Positions 46,026-57,029 of a stretch of DNA of 64,000 nucleotides are shown here, piece after piece. Every line of letters starts with the position of its first letter. The stretch's first letter is position 1. Position numbers and translations under genes: made by a program. The notes beneath the pieces were generated by a model. The model saw only the letters and a program-made list of their open reading frames with translations. It was not told the origin of the DNA and made no database searches. The stretch covers positions 85,369 to 149,368 of the forward strand of contig JAZDMR010000011.1 of the NCBI GenBank assembly GCA_043800725.1, written 5' to 3'. This stretch comes from a bacterium. Lineage in GTDB: Bacteria > Patescibacteriota > Patescibacteriia > HK-STAS-PATE-3.

Positions 46026-46529
46026 TTATGAAAAATCTTGCTTAAGGAAATTTTCAACTTCGTTTATAAGAGTTTCTTCTTGTTCAATAAGCTCTTCCAT
46101 GAGTTCAATGCGGGTGGAGTGAGCTTTTTGGGGTAATTGTCCGATTTTGTCCATAGTTTGAGTAATAGCATTCCTGCGTTCATCTATTGATTTAAATAAG
46201 GCATCAAGAGCTTGTATGTAAGATTCCTTAGGAATTTGTCCCTCAAATGGTAAAGAGAATTTCAGTCTGCTTATTGCATCATCTTCTTTATCAACTAAGT
46301 CTTTGAAACGGGAGAGTAATATTTTTGCATCATTTTTCAGCCAATATTTTTCTTCTTCACTAAGGGGTTTATCAAGTTTTTCTCGAGCAGATGCTTCAAT
46401 TTTTTCTAGTGAAACTTTCCAAGATTCAGTAAGACCACGCTTGACCGCTTCGTGAAAATTTTCATCTATTCCCTCCATTCTGTCTCTTTCTTCCGGGGTT
46501 AACGGTCTTGGTTTTTCGCTTTCGGGCAT
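46026..46529 (-). CDS. Hypothetical protein
   Basis: 167-aa charged helical ORF. Confidence 0.6.
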   Translation of the reverse strand: MPESEKPRPLTPEERDRMEGIDENFHEAVKRGLTESWKVSLEKIEASAREKLDKPLSEEEKYWLKNDAKILLSRFKDLVDKEDDAISRLKFSLPFEGQIPKESYIQALDALFKSIDERRNAITQTMDKIGQLPQKAHSTRIELMEELIEQEETLINEVENFLKQDFS

Positions 46530-46786
46530 TGGTTTAGTAATTAATCATTAGCTCACCCATTGTAGCAGAAGCTAATCGTGTAGAATAGTGATGAATTAAG
46601 ATTGCCTGAGCCTGGTATAGCTTGAAAATATGCTCTAAAATAAAAAAGTCGACCGTTGACAGGGAAGGCAAATCTAGGTACTGTACAGCATGTAATTTTG
46701 TGGATAACTATTTTTTGGCTAAAATTACCGAACTTTTCAAGAAACAAGTAAGTAGCAGTGAATGATGATTTATTTGGGTAATGATT

Positions 46787-47083
46787 ATGGATAATCATGA
46801 ACAACAGAAAAGCGCGATGTGGCAAGCTTTCGGGTATGCCTGGCAATTCGGGTATACTATAACTGTTCCTCTTGTTATCTTTGGATTGCTTGGTCGATAC
46901 CTTGATAAAAAGCTTAATACTGATCCCTGGCTTTTCCTGACTGGCATTATCTTGTCGGTGGTTATCTCTACCAGCTTTTTGATGGTGAAAGCCCTGCACA
47001 TTTTTAATAGTTTAAATAATAAAAACACCTCACCGCGGAATTCGGACAGTACCGACCAACCGCCAGCGAAGAAAGATGTATGA
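46787..47083 (+). CDS. AtpZ/AtpI-family protein
   Basis: G..I.VPLV.FG.LGRYLDKKL.T.PW; first gene of the atp operon. Confidence 0.85.
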   Translation: MDNHEQQKSAMWQAFGYAWQFGYTITVPLVIFGLLGRYLDKKLNTDPWLFLTGIILSVVISTSFLMVKALHIFNSLNNKNTSPRNSDSTDQPPAKKDV

Positions 47084-47817
47084 CTATTTCCCTTGCTGCT
47101 GAACCAATTTTTCACATCGGCAGTTTTCCCATAACCAACACCCTGATTAGCTCTTGGATCGCCATGGGTGTATTGATTGGTATCTCCCTGATACTACGCC
47201 GGAAGATACGAGAAGTCCCGCGCGGCCTGCAAAATGCCGTAGAAGCGATTTTTGAAGTTTTATTAAACCTGATGGATTCAGTGACTGGTGATCGAGCCAA
47301 GTCCAAGCAGTACTTTCCCCTGATTACAACCATTCTTTTATTTATTATTACGGCGAATTGGATGGGGCTCCTGCCCGGTTTTGGTCCGATTGGAATATAC
47401 GAAATGCACCATGGAGAGGAAGTGCTGGTTCCGTTCTTCCGTTCATCAAACAGTGACTTAAACGTTACTCTGGCTTTGGCAATCATTTCCGTGCTGTCAA
47501 TGCAGTTTTTCGGCATCTTGGCCATCGGTTTTGTTAAATACTCCAAGCGGTTTGTAAATTTCCGTAATCCGATTATGGGATTTGTCGGCATAGTGGAGTT
47601 TATTTCAGATATTTCGAAAGTGCTGTCCTTTTCCTTTCGATTATTCGGGAATGTTTTTGCCGGAGAAGTGCTTTTGGTGATCGTGGCCAGCTTGGTGCCC
47701 CTGATCGCTCCCATACCATTTTACTTCCTCGAAATATTCGTGGGATTTATCCAAGCCTTTGTTTTTGCCATTTTAACTCTGGTGTTTATTAAAATTGCTA
47801 GTTTAGAACCACATTAA
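47080..47817 (+). CDS. atpB: ATP synthase F0 subunit a
   Basis: SFSFRLFGNVFAGE, FIQAFVF. Confidence 0.97.
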   Translation: MTISLAAEPIFHIGSFPITNTLISSWIAMGVLIGISLILRRKIREVPRGLQNAVEAIFEVLLNLMDSVTGDRAKSKQYFPLITTILLFIITANWMGLLPGFGPIGIYEMHHGEEVLVPFFRSSNSDLNVTLALAIISVLSMQFFGILAIGFVKYSKRFVNFRNPIMGFVGIVEFISDISKVLSFSFRLFGNVFAGEVLLVIVASLVPLIAPIPFYFLEIFVGFIQAFVFAILTLVFIKIASLEPH

Positions 47818-47897
47818 TTAACCATGGTCTGAACCGTCGACGTTAAACCCCCCTATCCCATCTGTCGAACGTAAGGACCAAAAGAAAGGAATAAAGC

Positions 47898-48125
47898 ATG
47901 GAAGAAGAATCAATTAAGCTAATCGCGGCCGGTCTGACTATCACGCTAGGAGGCATGGTTCCGGCCTTCGCGATTGGTAAACTGGCTGCCAAAGCAATGG
48001 AATCAATCGGCCGGAATCCTGAGTCTGCTTCAAAGATTCAGGTTCCCCTCCTGATTGCTATGGCTTTTGCTGAAGCAATTGCGATTTACTCGCTAGTGGT
48101 GGCCCTGATCATTAAGTTTGTTTAA
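47898..48125 (+). CDS. atpE: ATP synthase F0 subunit c
   Basis: [15 protein letters not shown]. Confidence 0.97.
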   Translation: MEEESIKLIAAGLTITLGGMVPAFAIGKLAAKAMESIGRNPESASKIQVPLLIAMAFAEAIAIYSLVVALIIKFV

Positions 48126-48241
48126 ACACTGATTCGTCTGTTGACGCATCCGGTATTCCTAGGCCAAGGCAAGACTTGGAGTACCGGGGAGTGAATTGAT
48201 GAGTTAATAATCCAATCGTACTATAAGTAGCAAAATCTCCT

Positions 48242-48739
48242 ATGGAAATTCTCGAAAAATTAGGCATTGATTTTCGACTTTTGATCGCTCAAATTATTAA
48301 TTTTGGCATTCTTATTTTTTTGCTATACCGGTTTGCTTATCGACCGATCATTAGGGTCTTGGACAATCGGGCCAAGCGGATCGAGCAGTCATTGGTTGAT
48401 GCCAAAAATATTGAACATCAGCAGGTAGTAAGTGAGGAAGCCTACAATGCCCGCCAAGCGGAAGCTCAAAAACAGGCTGACACGATCGTCACTCAAGCCC
48501 GCGGTCAAGCAGAACAATTAAAATCGGAAATGCTAAAGAGCGCAAAAACTGACGCTCAAGTCCTGCTGGAACAGACCCAGGAAGAAGCCCGAACACTGAA
48601 AGCTCAAGCTATTGATGAAGCAAAGTCCGAACTGGCTGATCTGGTCGTGGCTTCAACTGAGAAAATTATTGGACAGAAGATGACAGCGGAAAAAGATTTG
48701 GAATTTATTCGTAAAACACTGCCCAAGTTAAAGCAATGA
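48242..48739 (+). CDS. atpF: ATP synthase F0 subunit b
   Basis: AQIINFGIL..F.Y.PI...LD.R. Confidence 0.95.
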   Translation: MEILEKLGIDFRLLIAQIINFGILIFLLYRFAYRPIIRVLDNRAKRIEQSLVDAKNIEHQQVVSEEAYNARQAEAQKQADTIVTQARGQAEQLKSEMLKSAKTDAQVLLEQTQEEARTLKAQAIDEAKSELADLVVASTEKIIGQKMTAEKDLEFIRKTLPKLKQ

Positions 48740-49137
48740 AATATTCGCCCACCCATTATGCAGCGGCTCTAATAGCCACTACGGCTCAGGCCAAGGAGGA
48801 AGATCTGATGAATATTCTTAAGCGATTCCATAAAATTTTGATCAAACGCCGCGCTATTCGTCAGCTTCCGTTGATAATCGCAGCTTATGAGAGATTACAA
48901 CGAGAAAAATCCGGGCGGATTGCCGTATCGCTGGCTACCGCTCGAGCCATTGATTTAGACGTTCTGACCCGTGAACTGGAGAGCGCTCTGGGCAAATCAG
49001 TCGAGCTGTATCATGAGTTGCGCCCCGAACTTTTAGGCGGCGCAGTAGTCACAGTTAAAGACACCCGGATTGATGCCAGTCTGAGTACTATGCTTGAGCA
49101 ACTTCGTCACACCCTGGCCCATTCAATAAATAATTAA
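48736..49137 (+). CDS. atpH: ATP synthase F1 subunit delta
   Basis: YAAAL, PELLGG.V....D..IDASL; operon position. Confidence 0.9.
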   Translation: MKYSPTHYAAALIATTAQAKEEDLMNILKRFHKILIKRRAIRQLPLIIAAYERLQREKSGRIAVSLATARAIDLDVLTRELESALGKSVELYHELRPELLGGAVVTVKDTRIDASLSTMLEQLRHTLAHSINN

Positions 49138-49158
49138 CATTTTAAAAAGCTAAATGGT

Positions 49159-50664
49159 ATGAAGACAACTGATCAGGTACTTGAACTCCTAAAAAAAGAA
49201 TTACAAGGCTTTACTCCCCAGCCGGAAACTGCCCATATTGGCACGATTATTGAAGTCGGGGATGGAATTGCCAAAGTCTCAGGACTTTCCCAGGTAAAAT
49301 CCTACGAAGTAGTCACTTTTCCCGGCGATATTTATGGAGTGGCTTTAAATCTTGAAGAAGACACGGTCGGAGTAATGATCCTGGGTGATTATACTGCCCT
49401 GAAGGAAGGCGACACAGTCAAAGCGACCGGACGAGTCCTTGAAGTGCCCGTGGGCAAAGAGCTTATCGGTCGGGTGGTTAATCCTCTGGGACAGCCTCTT
49501 GATGGAAAAAGTCCGATCAAGACAAAAACCACTTCAGTAGTGGAAAAAGTTGCCCCGGGAGTGATCACTCGAGGACCAGTAAACACCCCGGTTCAGACCG
49601 GCATCAAGGCCATTGATTCCATGATTCCAATAGGCCGCGGACAGCGCGAACTAATTATTGGAGACCGACAAACCGGCAAGACCGCTATTGTAGTGGACAC
49701 GATTCTTAATCAAATTGGCCAGGATATGATCTGTGTTTATGTGGCGATTGGCCAGAAAGCGTCAAAAGTCGCCAAGATGGTTTCCGAGCTGGAAGCCCGC
49801 GGAGCCATGGCTCATACGATTGTCGTAGTAGCTACCGCCTCTGATCCCGCCCCATTGGCTTTTATTGCTCCTTTTGCCGGTTGCGCCATGGGTGAATATT
49901 TCCGGGATACGGGAAAAGATGCGCTGGTCATTTACGATGACTTATCAAAGCATGCTTGGGCGTACCGTCAAGTATCTCTATTGCTTCGCCGTCCGCCCGG
50001 ACGAGAGGCTTATCCGGGAGATATTTTTTACCTCCACTCACGTTTGCTGGAACGGGCGGCCAAACTTAACCAGGAGCAGGGCGGAGGCAGTTTAACGGCC
50101 TTACCGATTATTGAGACCCAGGCCGGTGATATTTCTGCTTATATTCCAACCAATGTTATTTCAATTACTGACGGACAGATTTATCTGGAAAGCGATCTTT
50201 TTTACCAAGGAATTCGTCCGGCTTTAAACGTGGGCTTGTCAGTTTCTCGGGTTGGTTCTGCCGCTCAAGTCAAAGCCATGAAGCAGGTGGCTGGAAAGCT
50301 CCGGATAGAACTGGCCCAGTTTCGAGAGCTGGCCGCCTTTGCTCAATTCGGATCTGATCTTGATGAAACAACCAAGAAACAGCTTGAACGTGGCCGCCGA
50401 CTTACCGAGGTTTTAAAGCAAGGCCAGTACCAAACCCAGCCGGTGGAACACCAGGTGGCCGTAATTTTCTGTGCGATCCAGGGGTATTTTGACAGTCTGC
50501 CGGTTGAACAAATACAGGAAATTGAGAAAAAGTTTCATGCTTATCTTGACAATCGGGCCGGAAAGCTATTGGAGAAACTCAGGACCAAGCAAGAATTAAC
50601 CGAAGACATTGAATCAGAACTTCGGTCCACGATCGAGAATTTCTTACAAACCATCAAGCAATAA
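49159..50664 (+). CDS. atpA: ATP synthase F1 subunit alpha
   Basis: [30 protein letters not shown]. Confidence 0.98.
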   Translation: MKTTDQVLELLKKELQGFTPQPETAHIGTIIEVGDGIAKVSGLSQVKSYEVVTFPGDIYGVALNLEEDTVGVMILGDYTALKEGDTVKATGRVLEVPVGKELIGRVVNPLGQPLDGKSPIKTKTTSVVEKVAPGVITRGPVNTPVQTGIKAIDSMIPIGRGQRELIIGDRQTGKTAIVVDTILNQIGQDMICVYVAIGQKASKVAKMVSELEARGAMAHTIVVVATASDPAPLAFIAPFAGCAMGEYFRDTGKDALVIYDDLSKHAWAYRQVSLLLRRPPGREAYPGDIFYLHSRLLERAAKLNQEQGGGSLTALPIIETQAGDISAYIPTNVISITDGQIYLESDLFYQGIRPALNVGLSVSRVGSAAQVKAMKQVAGKLRIELAQFRELAAFAQFGSDLDETTKKQLERGRRLTEVLKQGQYQTQPVEHQVAVIFCAIQGYFDSLPVEQIQEIEKKFHAYLDNRAGKLLEKLRTKQELTEDIESELRSTIENFLQTIKQ

Positions 50665-50668
50665 TCTC

Positions 50669-51583
50669 ATGGCTCAGGAAACACGCGAACTTAAACGCCG
50701 CATTCGAGGCATTACCAATACCAAGAAAGTCACTAAGGCAATGGAAATGATGGCTGCTTCAAAAATGCGTCGGTCAGTCGATGCCGCCCTGGCTTCGCGT
50801 GATTATGCTCTCCGCGCCTGGGAAGTTCTGACTAATCTTTCTGAGGTGACAGATCCCAATCTGCATGCTCTGCTGACTAAACGTGAAATGCACAAAGCGC
50901 TGATAATCGTTTTTACTTCTGATCGCGGATTAGCAGGCGGCTTAAACACCCAAGTGATAAAAAAAACTCTGGAACTGGTAAAACAACACCCCGAAGCTAC
51001 TCTCGAGTTCATCACGGTGGGGAAAAAAGGGCAGGAATTGCTTATCCGGTTCGGCTTTCCGGTGATCGCGACTTTCCCCGCCCCAAGTCGGCAGCCATCA
51101 TTTGCTGATATTCTTCCCATCGCCCGAATTGCTATTGATGAATATATCCGAGGAAAATACGATATGGTGACCATGGTTGGGACTGATTATTTGTCAGCTC
51201 TTGCCCAAAAACCCCGTCTTCGGACAATTCTGCCAATCACTCGAGCCAATTTGCAGCAAGTGATTGCTGAAACCGGTCCGGCGAGGGAATCTATTGATCT
51301 GGCCAAGGCGGGAGAAGTGGCAGAATATCTTTTTGAGCCGTCAGCTGATGAAGTGCTGACCGCTATGCTTATCCGACTTGTTGAAATGCAGCTTTATCAA
51401 GCCCAGCTGGAAGCCTCAGCCTCAGAGCATGCGGCCAGGATGCTGGCCATGCGGAATGCCAGTGATGCGGCTGAGGATCTGATTACCGAATTAACTCTTA
51501 TCTTTAATAAAGTGCGGCAAGCCGGCATTACCAAAGATCTGGCAGAAATTTCTGCTTCACGTCTGGCCCTTACTATTGAATAA
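50669..51583 (+). CDS. atpG: ATP synthase F1 subunit gamma
   Basis: TKAMEMMAASK, SDRGLAG, SEHAARM.AM, RQAGIT; ATG 50669 in frame. Confidence 0.97.
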   Translation: MAQETRELKRRIRGITNTKKVTKAMEMMAASKMRRSVDAALASRDYALRAWEVLTNLSEVTDPNLHALLTKREMHKALIIVFTSDRGLAGGLNTQVIKKTLELVKQHPEATLEFITVGKKGQELLIRFGFPVIATFPAPSRQPSFADILPIARIAIDEYIRGKYDMVTMVGTDYLSALAQKPRLRTILPITRANLQQVIAETGPARESIDLAKAGEVAEYLFEPSADEVLTAMLIRLVEMQLYQAQLEASASEHAARMLAMRNASDAAEDLITELTLIFNKVRQAGITKDLAEISASRLALTIE

Positions 51584-52987
<1,404 letters not shown>

Positions 52988-53000
52988 GCCGATTCCCAAT

Positions 53001-53462
53001 ATGGCCAAAACATTTCAATTTGACATCACCACCCCGGAGCGTACGGTTTTTAATCAAGCAGTTGCTCAGGTGTCACTACCGACCAGCAGTGGTGAAATTA
53101 CTATCCTCCCAAATCATATCCCGATTGTCTCACTGCTTGTGCCGGGCGTGCTTCGGATTATTAACCCTGATGGGGTTGAGGAAATTCTGGCGGTTTCCGG
53201 CGGGTTTATTGAAGTTCACGGGAGCAAGGTGACAGTCCTGGCAGATACTGCCGAACGAGCGGACGAAATCGATGAAGCGCGGGCTGAGGCGGCCCGAAAG
53301 AAAGCGGAACAAGCAATGAAGGATAAAACAGATACCGTGAAATTCACTGATGCCGCCTCAAGCCTTGAGCGGCACTTGGCCCGGCTAAGCGCTATCCGGC
53401 GGAGGAAGCAGCGGTATCATCGGCCCAAAGATGCCCATACCCCTAGCCCGATTCAAGAATAA
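53001..53462 (+). CDS. atpC: ATP synthase F1 subunit epsilon
   Basis: TPER..F, GEITILPNHIP, AVSGGF.EV, ADTAE. Confidence 0.96.
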   Translation: MAKTFQFDITTPERTVFNQAVAQVSLPTSSGEITILPNHIPIVSLLVPGVLRIINPDGVEEILAVSGGFIEVHGSKVTVLADTAERADEIDEARAEAARKKAEQAMKDKTDTVKFTDAASSLERHLARLSAIRRRKQRYHRPKDAHTPSPIQE

Positions 53463-53466
53463 GCCT

Positions 53467-53910
53467 ATGTCCGGACTGTTAAAGTGCTCGGCAACGATCA
53501 TCACTTGCATTGACTATCGTATTCAAAGCCGAATCCGGGAATTTTCTGATAACGCGGCTGGCAAGGGCCGGTATGACTATATTACTTTGGTCGGAGGAGT
53601 TCGTTTATTGGTGCGAGGGAGCAAATCAGATCGTGAATTTATTATCAAAGAAATTGAAATAAGCGTCCGGTTGCACGGTCCCCGGAAGATTATCTTGGTC
53701 GCTCACACAGATTGCGGGGCTTACGGCGGCAGATCGGCTTTTACCGGCCAAGATGCAGAATTTCACACCCACCGGCAGGATTTGCAAGCCGCTAAGCAGC
53801 TGCTTAATAAGCATTTTCCAAAACAAAATATTGAATTATGGATTATAAAATATTCTGATACTGACAATCCGGCTCAAATCGAAAATTTCTCCCGCCCGAT
53901 GGCAGTGTAA
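53467..53910 (+). CDS. Beta-carbonic anhydrase-like protein
   Basis: TCIDYR and HTDCGAY zinc ligands; ATG 53467. Confidence 0.8.
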   Translation: MSGLLKCSATIITCIDYRIQSRIREFSDNAAGKGRYDYITLVGGVRLLVRGSKSDREFIIKEIEISVRLHGPRKIILVAHTDCGAYGGRSAFTGQDAEFHTHRQDLQAAKQLLNKHFPKQNIELWIIKYSDTDNPAQIENFSRPMAV

Positions 53911-54178
53911 ATTGAACAGGCTCGCCGTCGTGTTTATGCCCCAGAATATGTTTGTATCAGAAATGATCCAGAACATCAAATAAATTTCCAACAAGCTGGA
54001 TGAGCAGGAAAGAAGCGCTTTGGTTGGACTGTTTCGAATGAAAGAAACGATCACATAAACTATAGTTAGCCACGGCATACAACAGCGGATATGAGAAAAA
54101 GAGAAATAAGTTTTTTAATAAAAAGGCTACTCGGCTTGAAGCCGAGTAGCACAGGCGTACGGTACAGAGTGAAACTAC

Positions 54179-54514
54179 TCACAGACCGAGAACAGCACGC
54201 TCTGCGTCGCTGAGCTTGGCCAATGCGGCTGTTCGCACCTCAAGCGCGGCGTCCTCATCGTCGTGTACAGTGATCTCCTGACCACTGAAGATGAAGTAGC
54301 GATCGCCATTTGTAATAATGAGCACCTCCTGGGTCTCGTTATAGGACTTGTCGGTTTGGCCCTGGGCCCAAGCAGTAGCGACTTGTGAGTCCTTGAAAAA
54401 CCCCAGGGTTTTGGTTTTTCGTCCATCTTCGTCAGTTTTGCAGACTTCAGTCATTACCACGACGGTATAACCGTCGAGCTTGAGACCAACCAAGTTTTGG
54501 GCGATTCCAGACAT
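54179..54514 (-). CDS. Hypothetical protein
   Basis: 111-aa ORF, AAGGTAGG RBS, own promoter, terminator GCTACTCGGC/GCCGAGTAGC at about 54125-54150. Confidence 0.7.
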   Translation of the reverse strand: MSGIAQNLVGLKLDGYTVVVMTEVCKTDEDGRKTKTLGFFKDSQVATAWAQGQTDKSYNETQEVLIITNGDRYFIFSGQEITVHDDEDAALEVRTAALAKLSDAERAVLGL

Positions 54515-55009
54515 TGTGACACCTACCTTTCAAAGGTTTGGGACAAATGAGCTGCTCAGACTGCCTTATAATTCTTGGCAGACCTTAACACTTAGCAAGA
54601 ATTTAGTCAACGCATAGATACTCATTTCTATTTATCCAATATATTTCCAACAAGTTAGACGAGCAGAAAAGAAGCGCGCCGGTTGGACTACTGAGGATGA
54701 AAGAAACGATTGCCTAGGTAAAGAATAGTACTAAGACGTCAATATCATACCCACGGACTACCACCGCGAAGCGGGGTCCCGCTTCTATATTTTTAAAAAC
54801 AGCTGTCGCGGGAAAGTCCTATTCACCGGCACTTAAGTGCCGTCTTGGAGAGCCCCAAAGACCCGGCTTCAGCTGGGGTAGGTAAGCTTTAGCTTATTGT
54901 TTTAATTGACTTGGCAAAAACATCACCAAGAAATCGTTTCAATGGTATCAAAAGCCCCGATGCTATTCGGTTGAACAGGTCGGGGCTTTTTAGGTTTCAG
55001 AGAATTGCT

Positions 55010-55303
55010 TTAGTTTCGATCGCTGTAACCTTGGTTTCCGCGCGGTGGGCGCTTTTCCATAGGTCGAGCTTCGTTCACGACCAGAGCGCGATCTTCTTGC
55101 TCTTTGCCGTTGAACATTTCGATAGCTGCTTTGGCTTCTTCATCTGTGGCCATGTCGACGAAACCAAAGCCGCGTGAGCGTCCGGACATCCGGTCGATGA
55201 TCACCTTGGCGTCCTCAACTGTCCCGGCTGGGGAGAAGAGTTCGCGCAAAGCATCGTCGTTGACGCTGTAGGGCAAGTTTCCGACGTAGAGTTTTTTTGC
55301 CAT
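55010..55303 (-). CDS. RRM (RNP-1) RNA-binding protein
   Basis: KLYVGNL (RNP2), RGFGFV (RNP1), LVVNEARP. Confidence 0.95.
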   Translation of the reverse strand: MAKKLYVGNLPYSVNDDALRELFSPAGTVEDAKVIIDRMSGRSRGFGFVDMATDEEAKAAIEMFNGKEQEDRALVVNEARPMEKRPPRGNQGYSDRN

Positions 55304-55595
55304 GTAAAACTATATATTTACTTATCAATTTGCTCATCTTTTCGGCTGACCTTTCACTCTACGCCAGATGGCGAGACTACCGAATTGAATTGCACCAACA
55401 TAGTAACATATTCATTTGTAAAGTAAATAGGTTTAATTTGCTGATTATTGCTAAATAGGCTTGTCTCGGGCGTTCTTTTCAAGTAGGCAAATATGGGCTG
55501 TCAGCCGTTATATTAAATGCGCTTAATGACTGGCAAATATTAAAAAGAATAAAACCCCACCGCGCTATAACTATAACGAGATGGGGTTTTTTAAA

Positions 55596-56408
55596 TTAAG
55601 CGTGCCATGATGTGGCTTTTTCCGGGTGGCATATTTTGCAGTCATCCTCAAAGCAACTGCAATGCTCGGTAACAAAAGTCATTTTAGCGTCGCCGGGCCA
55701 GGTGACCGGAATGCCTTCCACCTCAAAGCGTACTGCCTGACAGCGTCTCTCCATCAACTCAGCTAAAGACTTATTCCTGGCTTGTTCTTGAATTGTGCGC
55801 GTGATGCGCCACATAACATCTTTTATGAATTCAGTTATAGACACATGTAGCGTCCCATCATCAGGCAGATCATCAATGTGTACTTTGATCCAGGGTATAA
55901 TCGTGATTTGCCGTTCTATTCCATCATTACATTGAATGCTGATTTCATCGGTTGGCATAGTCAGGCGATCTTGAAAAACCGCATAGCTGAGAGAAGGTAT
56001 TGGCCAGACAATATACCAGCGGCCAGGAGTGAGCAAAGATCCGCTGGGCACCAGAATGCGAGTGTGGGGATGAACCTGAAAAATCATACAGTACCTGAAA
56101 ATGAAAAACACAGCAGATGCTATGGCAATTCGATATATCTGGAAAAACTGGATCGAACCAACCTCTTTAATAAAGCTTTGGAAATACAGCGTTATAGTTA
56201 CTAAAACACATACGACTGCTCCGGGAAGCATCAGTTGATATAATACCTGAATCCACTGGGGATGATACCAGCCATGATTAATACCGTTCTTAGCCAGGAT
56301 AATTGAATTTAAACTGACCCAGCCCCCAAAACCAATTATTATTAACGCAAAATAATCAACTGGCGGGGCCTCGGGAAGGTGGAAAAATAACCGAATTCCA
56401 ACAGGCAA
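55596..56408 (-). CDS. Hypothetical membrane protein
   Basis: Three TM-like segments then a soluble domain; start uncertain. Confidence 0.55.
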   Translation of the reverse strand: MPVGIRLFFHLPEAPPVDYFALIIIGFGGWVSLNSIILAKNGINHGWYHPQWIQVLYQLMLPGAVVCVLVTITLYFQSFIKEVGSIQFFQIYRIAIASAVFFIFRYCMIFQVHPHTRILVPSGSLLTPGRWYIVWPIPSLSYAVFQDRLTMPTDEISIQCNDGIERQITIIPWIKVHIDDLPDDGTLHVSITEFIKDVMWRITRTIQEQARNKSLAELMERRCQAVRFEVEGIPVTWPGDAKMTFVTEHCSCFEDDCKICHPEKATSWHA

Positions 56409-56790
56409 TCCAAATTATCCACAATGAACCCATCAAATAACCCAGAATATATTTTTTACTTGGCATGCGGCCCTCCTTAGCTTGTCAAAGACCAATTATC
56501 CTAAAGAGGCGGTATACCTCGCGGTTTATGGCTGTATTTAGGCATTGTTGGCGAATATCTGTCAAATTAGGAATGGGGTTCTACGTTTTCGACTTTATAG
56601 TTAAGCAAGCTATGTTGCGCAACAGTAGTTATTACCCCTTAATCTGCGGTTTTACTTTGATGTATCAGCACCATGCCTTTGGCGAAAATTTGCTGTTAAT
56701 GTTTGGCCTAACCTTAGCTAATAACTCTGGATTACCTGAGGTTTTATAGTTAGGGGTTTAATCCCGTTAGAGGCTAACCTCTAACGAGGG

Positions 56791-56819
56791 TTGACAAATC
56801 GATTGACATACTATATACT
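56791..56819 (+). promoter_or_regulatory. Sigma70-type promoter for the surface protein gene
   Basis: TTGACA-17-TATACT. Confidence 0.7.
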
Positions 56820-57029
56820 GTCAGGTTAAAATCTATTTCGTTGTAGTTCTTTCATCTCACATCTCACACAAATAATCGTTCTTTCTTTCTCGTAAAAACA
56901 GCACCTTTTCGAAAACCTACGGAGGATAGGAAAAAGTCAACAAAAAGTTATAAACTATCGAATTTTATCTTGTAGCTTTCTGTTGGCTTTTTATTAAACA
57001 ATAATTTATCGCAATTAACTAAAGGGAAT

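Noticed and set aside
54800-54876. RNase P RNA-like motifs GGAAAGTCC ... ACCCGGCTT
   Set aside because: Under 100 nt, P4 pairing incomplete, and better explained by adjacent palindromic repeats and an IS605-like end hairpin
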